Of a stretch of 64,000 bases of DNA, positions 50,079 to 62,000 are shown one piece after another. The notes under the pieces are model-generated. The model saw only the letters and a program-made list of their open reading frames with translations. It was not told the origin of the DNA and searched no databases. Position 1 is the first letter of the stretch. The number at the start of each line of letters is the position of its first letter. The position numbers were made by a program, and so were the translations under genes. Source of the stretch: Balanoglossus misakiensis (taxonomy: Eukaryota > Animalia > Hemichordata). The stretch spans positions 2,820,902 to 2,884,901 of the forward strand of contig CM082585.2 in NCBI GenBank assembly GCA_040954595.2. Reading direction: 5' to 3'.

Positions 50079-50300
50079 GACTAAGTATCTAACTAACTTA
50101 CTAACTAACTTACTACTAAGCAACTAACTATCTTACTAACTTACTAACTAACTACTAAGTAACTAACTATCTAACTAACTTACTAACCAACTAAAAATAC
50201 TAATACTAAAACTAATCTGAAATAAGAAAAATATACTAACTAAAAATCTATAATAAACGGAACTATAATAAACTTATCTATCTAACTAAATGACTAAGAA
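50020..50300. repeat. (CTAA)n microsatellite, degenerate to the right
   Basis: Directly visible. Confidence 0.9.
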
Positions 50301-51528
50301 ATTTGAAAGAAATGCGACTGTAAACGATAACTGAATGGAAAAAAAATTATATATCTAACTAATACTGATCTAAACTATGAAATATGATAATGAAAATGAA
50401 CTGGGAAATGCAATAAAACTAAACTAAGAACTAATAAATCGAGAAAAAATCTAAAGCTAGGGAATGGTTGCGGAACGAATATGAAGGCGTGTAGACAGAA
50501 GGAAGAACGATAAACGAACTGAACATTAACGACAAGGTTTTATTGTTGTGCAAATACCTTGAGCGATATGCTAAATAGACAGAAGTGAAAATGACATCGT
50601 AAAGAGGTGTAAAGGATAAAACAACAGGTGAAGCAAACAGAATACAGTTGTTGGTAGCATGCAGATTGAGCTGTCAAAAACCCTCACCAATCAGGAACAG
50701 CTTTCCAAGATTGCGAAGTTATGCAGCACTCTCTCATAAAGTTATTTTTGATTGGTCAAATTCTTTACCATGTCACCACTGTTATACAACCATGCATATA
50801 AACAATCAAATTTGCATGGATGCACTGACATCAATGACATGCCTTTCAAAGCGCCACACTTTGTCAAATTACACATGTTGCACATGCTTCTGACACGCTC
50901 TGCCTTAGACAACTTAGACAATATTATCCAAAAAACAAATAAGAGACAAAATCATCTGATCAGGCAAAAAAAAATGAAATGCTTCTGGTCAGCGCCCGCG
51001 TCACTTGAATGACAGCGCGTCGCCCCTTTTTTCTGGTTTTTGGTGACGGCAACGGCAAACTCGAACTGTTTCAGCTATATCTATAAAACACTGGACACTT
51101 AGGGGCGCGTGATCAGTGACTGCATGAACAGTATTCATGTGACTATATTGATAAAACACTTTCTGGAATTAGAAACAGCAGATACACTAAGCAAAATTAC
51201 TAAAAGTGAAAAGTTTGAGCTATATAAACGAGGGGACAACGTGTTGTTCATTGCTTGAGTGCCTTCGAGTAAGATGATATATTATGTACATATTACCAAA
51301 ATGTTTTCATGATTTTCTAGAAATATAGAAATGAATACAATTGACTTATTTTGTCAAGTTTTCCTTGCAAACACCATTGTCATTGAATGTGTACGTACAT
51401 GCGTAAACACACCACTGCTTTAAAACAAAGAGGTGATATGGGTCACGTTACTGCGTTGTATTGAATTGAGCGGACAAATTCTTTTGGTTTTCATGCATTC
51501 TTTCAGAGCTTTCCCGAGTAGCCTGCAT

Positions 51529-51547
51529 AGTGCGCCCTCTTGTGGTG
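51529..51547 (-). promoter_or_regulatory. CTCF consensus-like motif
   Basis: Reverse complement reads tcaccacaagagggcgcact. Motif match only. Confidence 0.4.
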
Positions 51548-53075
51548 ACGTGTCTTCCGGTAATCGGCCCATCGGCCCGATAGAAACAAATCATCGAAGA
51601 GTTCCATCACTCTCGTTATGAAGAAACAAAATTCGCCATCGTTCCCGTTGTTAGATAAACGTTTTAAGTGTTTCGCCCTTTGGTGAAACACGTTAGAGGA
51701 AAGTGTATCTTAAGAATAGTATTTCCATTTCGACATAAACTGATTGGAACGAGCAAATTGATTGAAACGTTCCGTAGGGCTAATGGAGTGTTCAGATTTT
51801 ACTTCCAGGCCCAAGCCCCAGAGAGGAAGAAAAAGCGCTCGTACTCGTGTATGACATTATTACACTCTCCTTTTTGTAACCTGTGGAAAGGTTACACCAG
51901 CCACGCTGAGCAAGCCTGATTTCCAACGCCCAGACTTGCCGCATATAACAACAATGCTTTATTAGGCAAGGCCTATTTTTCAAGGCCACCGCTTCATATT
52001 CAGAAAATAGACTTACAGTAACATTCTCTGTCAATCGATTACTCAGATTTTACAGAGAAAGAAGTTAACAGAACCAAAACAAAATCAACTCGAATTTTTA
52101 TTTCCAGCTTCTTGCACCACCCAGACATAGCCCAACCTATATGAAAACAAAATGTACTAGTAATTGATGTGGTCCAATTATTTCTGCCTAAATTGTTCAT
52201 GATGTAGGCCTACGCTTGGCGAGAGAGTCTGTGATGAGGAAATAAATACGGCACAATTCCAAATTTATCTAGATTCGGGTTAGTGGAGTACCGGGGGTGG
52301 GAGATAATTTAAAACGTTATTCAATTAACATTGTAAAATGAAATGGTTCTCGTTTTCGGTACTGCCGTCATTGCAAATACAAAATCTATTCTCTCGAGCA
52401 AGTTTCTTTTGTCTTTCTTGTTTTATTGATACCATACGGAAGAAAGAAAGTGAGGTTTCATAGGGGTCAAAAGGTAGAGTTCCAGTGACAGAGAAGATTT
52501 GGTGTCAAGTCTACTTGAACAAACGTAAGGTAACCACAATCTTTCAATGATTCTGTGTAAAGCTATATTAAGTTTTGGTGCAACATTTTTTTAGATTGCT
52601 GAGCCAGAGTATGCATGATGTCGTCACAGACAAAGAAATCACGTTTCCCCAAAAAGCGGGTTCTACGACGTAGCCTACATTGGAGACTCGAGGTTGTGCA
52701 AGAACTATTGAACTGTGGACAGTAATTATTGTAATTATCCAATTGAAGTGGCAATCGTCATAACCATTTTCACGGTTTATTTCCGTACCGTCACAGGAAA
52801 GAAAACTAATCGAAATGTTATTTCACAAAACTTGAGTTTATATTGAAAAATTGATCTATTATATATAATTTTCCTATATCATAACCAATACTTATTATAA
52901 CCAATATTTTCCGGAGTCTACAGCTAGTGTCTAGTTCGTAAAATAACAAATTAATACCATTTTCGCATGTGCAGATGTCAACATGTTTTGAGGTATATCT
53001 GGTAACACGGGGCAATCGCTTGCGCGTCACGCTACTCGTCGCCCGAAAATCTGACATGACGGATTTCGAGGCGAC

Positions 53076-56000
53076 GTTGCTTCCAACCGCCGCCTTGTTA
53101 TTTGCATATTCCGTTGTGATGCGAAGAACACACAGGCCCGAGCGAATAAGAAAGTTTTCCGGTAGACTCTGTAGATCGACGGCTTGTTCTAAAATATCCA
53201 TGGTTGCTTCCAAACGCCGTCTTGTTATTTGCATATTCCGTTGTGATGCGTAGAACACACAGGCCCGAGCGAATAAGAAAGTTTTCCGGTAGACTCTGTA
53301 GATCGACGGCTTGTTCTAAAATATCCATGGTTGCTTCCAAACGCCGTCTTGTTATTTGCATATTCCGTTGTGATGCGTAGAACACACAGGCCCGAGGGAA
53401 TAAGAAAGTTTTCCGGTAGACTCTGTAGATCGACGGCTTGTTCTAAAATATCCATGGTTGCTTCCAAACGCCGTCTTGTTATTTGCATATTCCGTTGTGA
53501 TGCGTACAACACACAGGCCCGAGCGAATAAGAAAGTTTTCCGGTAGACTCTGTAGATCGACGGCTTGTTCTAAAATATCCATGGTTGCTTCCAAACGCCG
53601 TCTTGTTATTTGCATATTCCGTTGTGATGCTTAGAACACACTGGCCCGAGGGAATAAGAAAGTTTTCCGGTAGACTCTGTAGATCGACGGCTTGTTCTAA
53701 AATATCCATGGTTGCTTCCAAACGCCGTCTTGTTATTTGCATATTCCGTTGTGATGCGTAGAACACACAGGCCCGAGCGAATAAGAAAGTTTTCCGGTAC
53801 ACTCTGTAGATCGACGGCTTGTTCTAAAATATCCATGGTTGCTTCCAAACGCCGTCTTGTTATTTGCATATTCCGTTGTGATGCGTAGAACACACAGGCC
53901 CGAGGGAATAAGAAAGTTTTCCGGTAGACTCTGTAGATCGACGGCTTGTTCTAAAATATCCATGGTTGCTTCCAAACGCCGTCTTGTTATTTGCATATTC
54001 CGTTGTGGTGCGTAGAACACACAGGCCCGAGCGAATAAGAAAGTTTTCCGGTAGACTCTGTAGATCGACGGCTTGTTCTAAAATATCCATGGTTGCTTCC
54101 AAACGCCGTCTTGTTATTTGCATATTCCGTTGTGATGCGTAGAACGCACAGGCCCGAGGGAATAAGAAAGTTTTCCGGTAGACTCTGTAGATCGACGGCT
54201 TGTTCTAAAATATCCATGGTTGCTTCCAAACGCCGTCTTGTTATTTGCATATTCCGTTGTGATGCGTAGAACACACAGGCCCGAGCGAATAAGAAAGTTT
54301 TCCGGTAGACTCTGTAGATCGACGGCTTGTTCTAAAATATCCATGGTGGCTTCCAATCGCCGTCTTGTTATTTGCATATTCCGTTGTGATGCTTAGAACA
54401 CACTGGCCCGAGGGAATAAGAAAGTTTTCCGGTAGACTCTGTAGATCGACGGCTTGTTCTAAAATATCCATGGTTGCTTCCAAACGCCGTCTTGTTATTT
54501 GCATATTCCGTTGTGATGCGTAGAACACACAGGCCCGAGCGAATAAGAAAGTTTTCCAGTACACTCTGTAGATCGACGGCTTGTTCTAAAATATCCATGG
54601 TTGCTTCCAAACGCCGTCTTGTTATTTGCATATTCCGTTGTGATGCGTAGAACACACAGGCCCGAGGGACTAAGAAAGTTTTCCGGTAGACTCTGTAGAT
54701 CGACGGCTTGTTCTAAAATTATCCATGGTTGCTTCCAAACGCCGTCTTGTTATTTGCATATTCCGTTGTGATGCGTAGAACACACAGGCCCGAGGGAATA
54801 AGAAAGTTTTCCGGTAGACTCTGTAGATCGACGGCTTGTTCTAAAATATCCATGGTTGCTTCCAAACGCCGTCTTGTTATTTGCATATTCCGTTGTGATG
54901 CGTAGAACACACAGGCCCGAGCGAATATAAAAGTTTTCCGGTAGACTCTGTAGATCGACGGTTTGTTCTAAAATATCCATGGTTGCTTCCAAACGCCGTC
55001 TTGTTATTTGCATATTCCGTTGTGATGCGTAGAACACACTGGCCCGAGGGAATAAGAAAGTTTTCCGGTAGACTCTGTAGATCGACGGCTTGTTCTAGTA
55101 TCCATGGTTGCTTCCAAACGCCGTCTTGTTATTTGCATATTCCGCTGTGATGCGTAGAACACACTGGCCCGAGCGAATAAGAAAGTTTTCCGGTAGACAC
55201 TGTACATCGACGGTTTGTTCTAAAATATCCATGGTTGCTTCCAAACGCCGTCTTGTTATTTGCATATTCCGTTGTGATGCGTAGAACGCACAGGCCCGAG
55301 GGAATAAGAAAGTTTTCCGGTAGACTCTGTAGATCGACGGCTTGTTCTAAAATATCCATGGTTGCTTCCAAACGCCGTCTTGTTATTTGCATATTCCGTT
55401 GTGATGCGTAGAACACACAGGCCCGAGCGAATAAGAAAGTTTTCCGGTAGACTCTGTAGATCGACGGCTTGTTCTAAAATATCCATGGTGGCTTCCAATC
55501 GCCGTCTTGTTATTTGCATATTCCGTTGTGATGCTTAGAACACACTGGCCCGAGGGAATAAGAAAGTTTTCCGGTAGACTCTGTAGATCGACGGCTTGTT
55601 CTAAAATATCCATGGTTGCTTCCAAACGCCGTCTTGTTATTTGCATATTCCGTTGTGATGCGTAGAACACACAGGCCCGAGCGAATAAGAAAGTTTTCCA
55701 GTACACTCTGTAGATCGACGGCTTGTTCTAAAATATCCATGGTTGCTTCCAAACGCCGTCTTGTTATTTGCATATTCCGTTGTGATGCGTAGAACACACA
55801 GGCCCGAGGGACTAAGAAAGTTTTCCGGTAGACTCTGTAGATCGACGGCTTGTTCTAAAATTATCCATGGTTGCTTCCAAACGCCGTCTTGTTATTTGCA
55901 TATTCCGTTGTGATGCGTAGAACACACAGGCCCGAGGGAATAAGAAAGTTTTCCGGTAGACTCTGTAGATCGACGGCTTGTTCTAAAATATCCATGGTTG

Positions 56001-59000
56001 CTTCCAAACGCCGTCTTGTTATTTGCATATTCCGTTGTGATGCGTAGAACACACAGGCCCGAGCGAATATAAAAGTTTTCCGGTAGACTCTGTAGATCGA
56101 CGGTTTGTTCTAAAATATCCATGGTTGCTTCCAAACGCCGTCTTGTTATTTGCATATTCCGTTGTGATGCGTAGAACACACTGGCCCGAGGGAATAAGAA
56201 AGTTTTCCGGTAGACTCTGTAGATCGACGGCTTGTTCTAGTATCCATGGTTGCTTCCAAACGCCGTCTTGTTATTTGCATATTCCGCTGTGATGCGTAGA
56301 ACACACTGGCCCGAGCGAATAAGAAAGTTTTCCGGTAGACACTGTACATCGACGGTTTGTTCTAAAATATCCATGGTTGCTTCCAAACGCCGTCTTGTTA
56401 TTTGCATATTCCGTTGTGATGCGTAGAACACACAGGCCCGAGCGAATAAGAAAGTTTTCCGGTAGACTCTGTAGATCGACGGTTTGTTCTAAAATATCCA
56501 TGGTTGCTTCCAAACGCCGTCTTGTTATTTGCATATTCCGTTGTGATGCGAAGAACACACTGGCCCGAGCGAATAAGAAAGTTTTCCGGTAGACTCTGTA
56601 GATCGACTGTTTGTTCTAAAATATCCATGGTTGCTTCCAAACGCCGTCTTGTTATTTGCATATTCCGTTGTGATGCGTAGAACACACAGGCCCGAGCGAA
56701 TAAGAAAGTTTTCCGGTAGACTCTGTAGATCGACGGCTTGTTCTAAAATATCCATGGTTGCTCTCAAACGCCGTCTTGTTATTTGCATATTCCGTTGTGA
56801 TGCGTAGAACACACAGGCCCGAGCGAATAAGAAAGTTTTCCGGTAGACTCTGTAGATCGACGGCTTGTTCTAAAATATCCATGGTTGCTTCCAAACGCCG
56901 TCTTGTTATTTGCATATTCCGTTGTGATGCGTAGAACACACAGGCCCGAGGGAATAAGAAAGTTTTCCGGTAGACTCTGTAGATCGACGGCTTGTTCTAA
57001 AATATCCATGGTTGCTTCCAAACGCCGTCTTGTTATTTGCATATTCCGTTGTGATGCGTAGAACACACAGGCCCGAGCGAATAAGAAAGTTTTCCGGTAG
57101 ACTCTGTAGATCGACGGCTTGTTCTAAAATATCCATGGTTGCTTCCAATCGCCGTCTTGTTATTTGCATATTCCGTTGTGATGCTTAGAACACACTGGCC
57201 CGAGGGAATAAGAAAGTTTTCCGGTAGACTCTGTAGATCGACGGCTTGTTCTAAAATATCCATGGTTGCTTCCAAACGCCGTCTTGTTATTTGCATATTC
57301 CGTTGTGATGCGTAGAACACACAGGCCCGAGCGAATAAGAAAGTTTTCCGGTACACTCTGTAGATCGACGGCTTGTTCTAAAATATCCATGGTTGCTTCC
57401 AAACGCCGTCTTGTTATTTGCATATTCCGTTGTGATGCGTAGAACACACAGGCCCGAGCGAATATAAAAGTTTTCCGGTAGACTCTGTAGATCGACGGTT
57501 TGTTCTAAAATATCCATGGTTGCTTCCAAACGCCGTCTTGTTATTTGCATATTCCGTTGTGATGCGTAGAACACACTGGCCCGAGGGAATAAGAAAGTTT
57601 TCCGGTAGACTCTGTAGATCGACGGCTTGTTCTAAAATATCCATGGTTGCTTCCAAACGCCGTCTTGTTATTTGCATATTCCGCTGTGATGCGTAGAACA
57701 CACTGGCCCGAGCGAATAAGAAAGTTTTCCGGTAGACACTGTACATCGACGGTTTGTTCTAAAATATCCATGGTTGCTTCCAAACGCCGTCTTGTTATTT
57801 GCATATTCCGTTGTGATGCGTAGAACACACAGGCCCGAGCGAATAAGAAAGTTTTCCGGTAGACTCTGTAGATCGACGGTTTGTTCTAAAATATCCATGG
57901 TTGCTTCCAAACGCCGTCTTGTTATTTGCATATTCCGTTGTGATGCGAAGAACACACTGGCCCGAGCGAATAAGAAAGTTTTCCGGTAGACTCTGTAGAT
58001 CGACTGTTTGTTCTAAAATATCCATGGTTGCTTCCAAACGCCGTCTTGTTATTTGCATATTCCGTTGTGATGCGTAGAACACACAGGCCCGAGCGAATAA
58101 GAAAGTTTTCCGGTAGACTCTGTAGATCGACGGCTTGTTCTAAAATATCCATGGTTGCTCTCAAACGCCGTCTTGTTATTTGCATATTCCGTTGTGATGC
58201 GTAGAACACACAGGCCCGAGCGAATAAGAAAGTTTTCCGGTAGACTCTGTAGATCGACGGCTTGTTCTAAAATATCCATGGTTGCTTCCAAACGCCGTCT
58301 TGTTATTTGCATATTCCGTTGTGATGCGTAGAACACACAGGCCCGAGGGAATAAGAAAGTTTTCCGGTAGACTCTGTAGATCGACGGCTTGTTCTAAAAT
58401 ATCCATGGTTGCTTCCAAACGCCGTCTTGTTATTTGCATATTCCGTTGTGATGCGTAGAACACACAGGCCCGAGCGAATAAGAAAGTTTTCCGGTAGACT
58501 CTGTAGATCGACGGCTTGTTCTAAAATATCCATGGTTGCTTCCAAACGCCGTCTTGTTATTTGCATATTCCGTTGTGATGCGTAGAACACACAGGCCCGA
58601 GCGAATAAGAAAGTTTTCCGGTACACTCTGTAGATCGACGGCTTGTTCTAAAATATCCATGGTTGCTTCCAAACGCCGTCTTGTTATTTGCATATTCCGT
58701 TGTGATGCGTAGAACACACAGGCCCGAGGGACTAAGAAAGTTTTCCGGTAGACTCTGTAGATCGACGGCTTGTTCTAAAATTATCCATGGTTGCTTCCAA
58801 ACGCCGTCTTGTTATTTGCATATTCCGTTGTGATGCGTAGAACACACAGGCCCGAGGGAATAAGAAAGTTTTCCGGTAGACTCTGTAGATCGACGGCTTG
58901 TTCTAAAATATCCATGGTTGCTTCCAAACGCCGTCTTGTTATTTGCATATTCCGTTGTGATGCGTAGAACACACAGGCCCGAGCGAATAAGAAAGTTTTC

Positions 59001-62000
59001 CGGTAGACTCTGTAGATCGACGGTTTGTTCTAAAATATCCATGGTTGCTTCCAAACGCCGTCTTGTTATTTGCATATTCCGTTGTGATGCGTAGAACACA
59101 CAGGCCCGAGCGAATAAGAAAGTTTTCCGGTAGACTCTGTAGATCGACGGCTTGTTCTAAAATATCCATGGTTGCTTCCAAACGCCGTCTTGTTATTTGC
59201 ATATTCCGTTGTGATGCGTAGAACACACAGGCCCGAGCGAATATAAAAGTTTTCCGGTAGACTCTGTAGATCGACGGTTTGTTCTAAAATATCCATGGTT
59301 GCTTCCAAACGCCGTCTTGTTATTTGCATATTCCGTTGTGATGCGTAGAACACACTGGCCCGAGGGAATAAGAAAGTTTTCCGGTAGACTCTGTAGATCG
59401 ACGGCTTGTTCTAGTATCCATGGTTGCTTCCAAACGCCGTCTTGTTATTTGCATATTCCGCTGTGATGCGTAGAACACACTGGCCCGAGCGAATAAGAAA
59501 GTTTTCCGGTAGACACTGTACATCGACGGTTTGTTCTAAAATATCCATGGTTGCTTCCAAACGCCGTCTTGTTATTTGCATATTCCGTTGTGATGCGTAG
59601 AACACACAGGCCCGAGCGAATAAGAAAGTTTTCCGGTAGACTCTGTAGATCGACGGTTTGTTCTAAAATATCCATGGTTGCTTCCAAACGCCGTCTTGTT
59701 ATTTGCATATTCCGTTGTGATGCGAAGAACACACTGGCCCGAGCGAATAAGAAAGTTTTCCGGTAGACTCTGTAGATCGACTGTTTGTTCTAAAATATCC
59801 ATGGTTGCTTCCAAACGCCGTCTTGTTATTTGCATATTCCGTTGTGATGCGTAGAACACACAGGCCCGAGCGAATAAGAAAGTTTTCCGGTAGACTCTGT
59901 AGATCGACGGCTTGTTCTAAAATATCCATGGTTGCTCTCAAACGCCGTCTTGTTATTTGCATATTCCGTTGTGATGCGTAGAACACACAGGCCCGAGCGA
60001 ATAAGAAAGTTTTCCGGTAGACTCTGTAGATCGACGGCTTGTTCTAAAATATCCATGGTTGCTTCCAAACGCCGTCTTGTTATTTGCATATTCCGTTGTG
60101 ATGCGTAGAACACACAGGCCCGAGGGAATAAGAAAGTTTTCCGGTAGACTCTGTAGATCGACGGCTTGTTCTAAAATATCCATGGTTGCTTCCAAACGCC
60201 GTCTTGTTATTTGCATATTCCGTTGTGATGCGTAGAACACACAGGCCCGAGCGAATAAGAAAGTTTTCCGGTAGACTCTGTAGATCGACGGCTTGTTCTA
60301 AAATATCCATGGTTGCTTCCAATCGCCGTCTTGTTATTTGCATATTCCGTTGTGATGCTTAGAACACACTGGCCCGAGGGAATAAGAAAGTTTTCCGGTA
60401 GACTCTGTAGATCGACGGCTTGTTCTAAAATATCCATGGTTGCTTCCAAACGCCGTCTTGTTATTTGCATATTCCGTTGTGATGCGTAGAACACACAGGC
60501 CCGAGCGAATAAGAAAGTTTTCCGGTACACTCTGTAGATCGACGGCTTGTTCTAAAATATCCATGGTTGCTTCCAAACGCCGTCTTGTTATTTGCATATT
60601 CCGTTGTGATGCGTAGAACACACAGGCCCGAGCGAATATAAAAGTTTTCCGGTAGACTCTGTAGATCGACGGTTTGTTCTAAAATATCCATGGTTGCTTC
60701 CAAACGCCGTCTTGTTATTTGCATATTCCGTTGTGATGCGTAGAACACACTGGCCCGAGGGAATAAGAAAGTTTTCCGGTAGACTCTGTAGATCGACGGC
60801 TTGTTCTAAAATATCCATGGTTGCTTCCAAACGCCGTCTTGTTATTTGCATATTCCGCTGTGATGCGTAGAACACACTGGCCCGAGCGAATAAGAAAGTT
60901 TTCCGGTAGACACTGTACATCGACGGTTTGTTCTAAAATATCCATGGTTGCTTCCAAACGCCGTCTTGTTATTTGCATATTCCGTTGTGATGCGTAGAAC
61001 ACACAGGCCCGAGCGAATAAGAAAGTTTTCCGGTAGACTCTGTAGATCGACGGTTTGTTCTAAAATATCCATGGTTGCTTCCAAACGCCGTCTTGTTATT
61101 TGCATATTCCGTTGTGATGCGAAGAACACACTGGCCCGAGCGAATAAGAAAGTTTTCCGGTAGACTCTGTAGATCGACTGTTTGTTCTAAAATATCCATG
61201 GTTGCTTCCAAACGCCGTCTTGTTATTTGCATATTCCGTTGTGATGCGTAGAACACACAGGCCCGAGCGAATAAGAAAGTTTTCCGGTAGACTCTGTAGA
61301 TCGACGGCTTGTTCTAAAATATCCATGGTTGCTCTCAAACGCCGTCTTGTTATTTGCATATTCCGTTGTGATGCGTAGAACACACAGGCCCGAGCGAATA
61401 AGAAAGTTTTCCGGTAGACTCTGTAGATCGACGGCTTGTTCTAAAATATCCATGGTTGCTTCCAAACGCCGTCTTGTTATTTGCATATTCCGTTGTGATG
61501 CGTAGAACACACAGGCCCGAGGGAATAAGAAAGTTTTCCGGTAGACTCTGTAGATCGACGGCTTGTTCTAAAATATCCATGGTTGCTTCCAAACGCCGTC
61601 TTGTTATTTGCATATTCCGTTGTGATGCGTAGAACACACAGGCCCGAGCGAATAAGAAAGTTTTCCGGTAGACTCTGTAGATCGACGGCTTGTTCTAAAA
61701 TATCCATGGTTGCTTCCAAACGCCGTCTTGTTATTTGCATATTCCGTTGTGATGCGTAGAACACACAGGCCCGAGCGAATAAGAAAGTTTTCCGGTACAC
61801 TCTGTAGATCGACGGCTTGTTCTAAAATATCCATGGTTGCTTCCAAACGCCGTCTTGTTATTTGCATATTCCGTTGTGATGCGTAGAACACACAGGCCCG
61901 AGGGACTAAGAAAGTTTTCCGGTAGACTCTGTAGATCGACGGCTTGTTCTAAAATTATCCATGGTTGCTTCCAAACGCCGTCTTGTTATTTGCATATTCC

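Noticed and set aside
53203-53222. CENP-B box (reverse strand cgtttggaagc)
   Set aside because: Only the central bases match. The essential TTCG and CGGG positions are absent.
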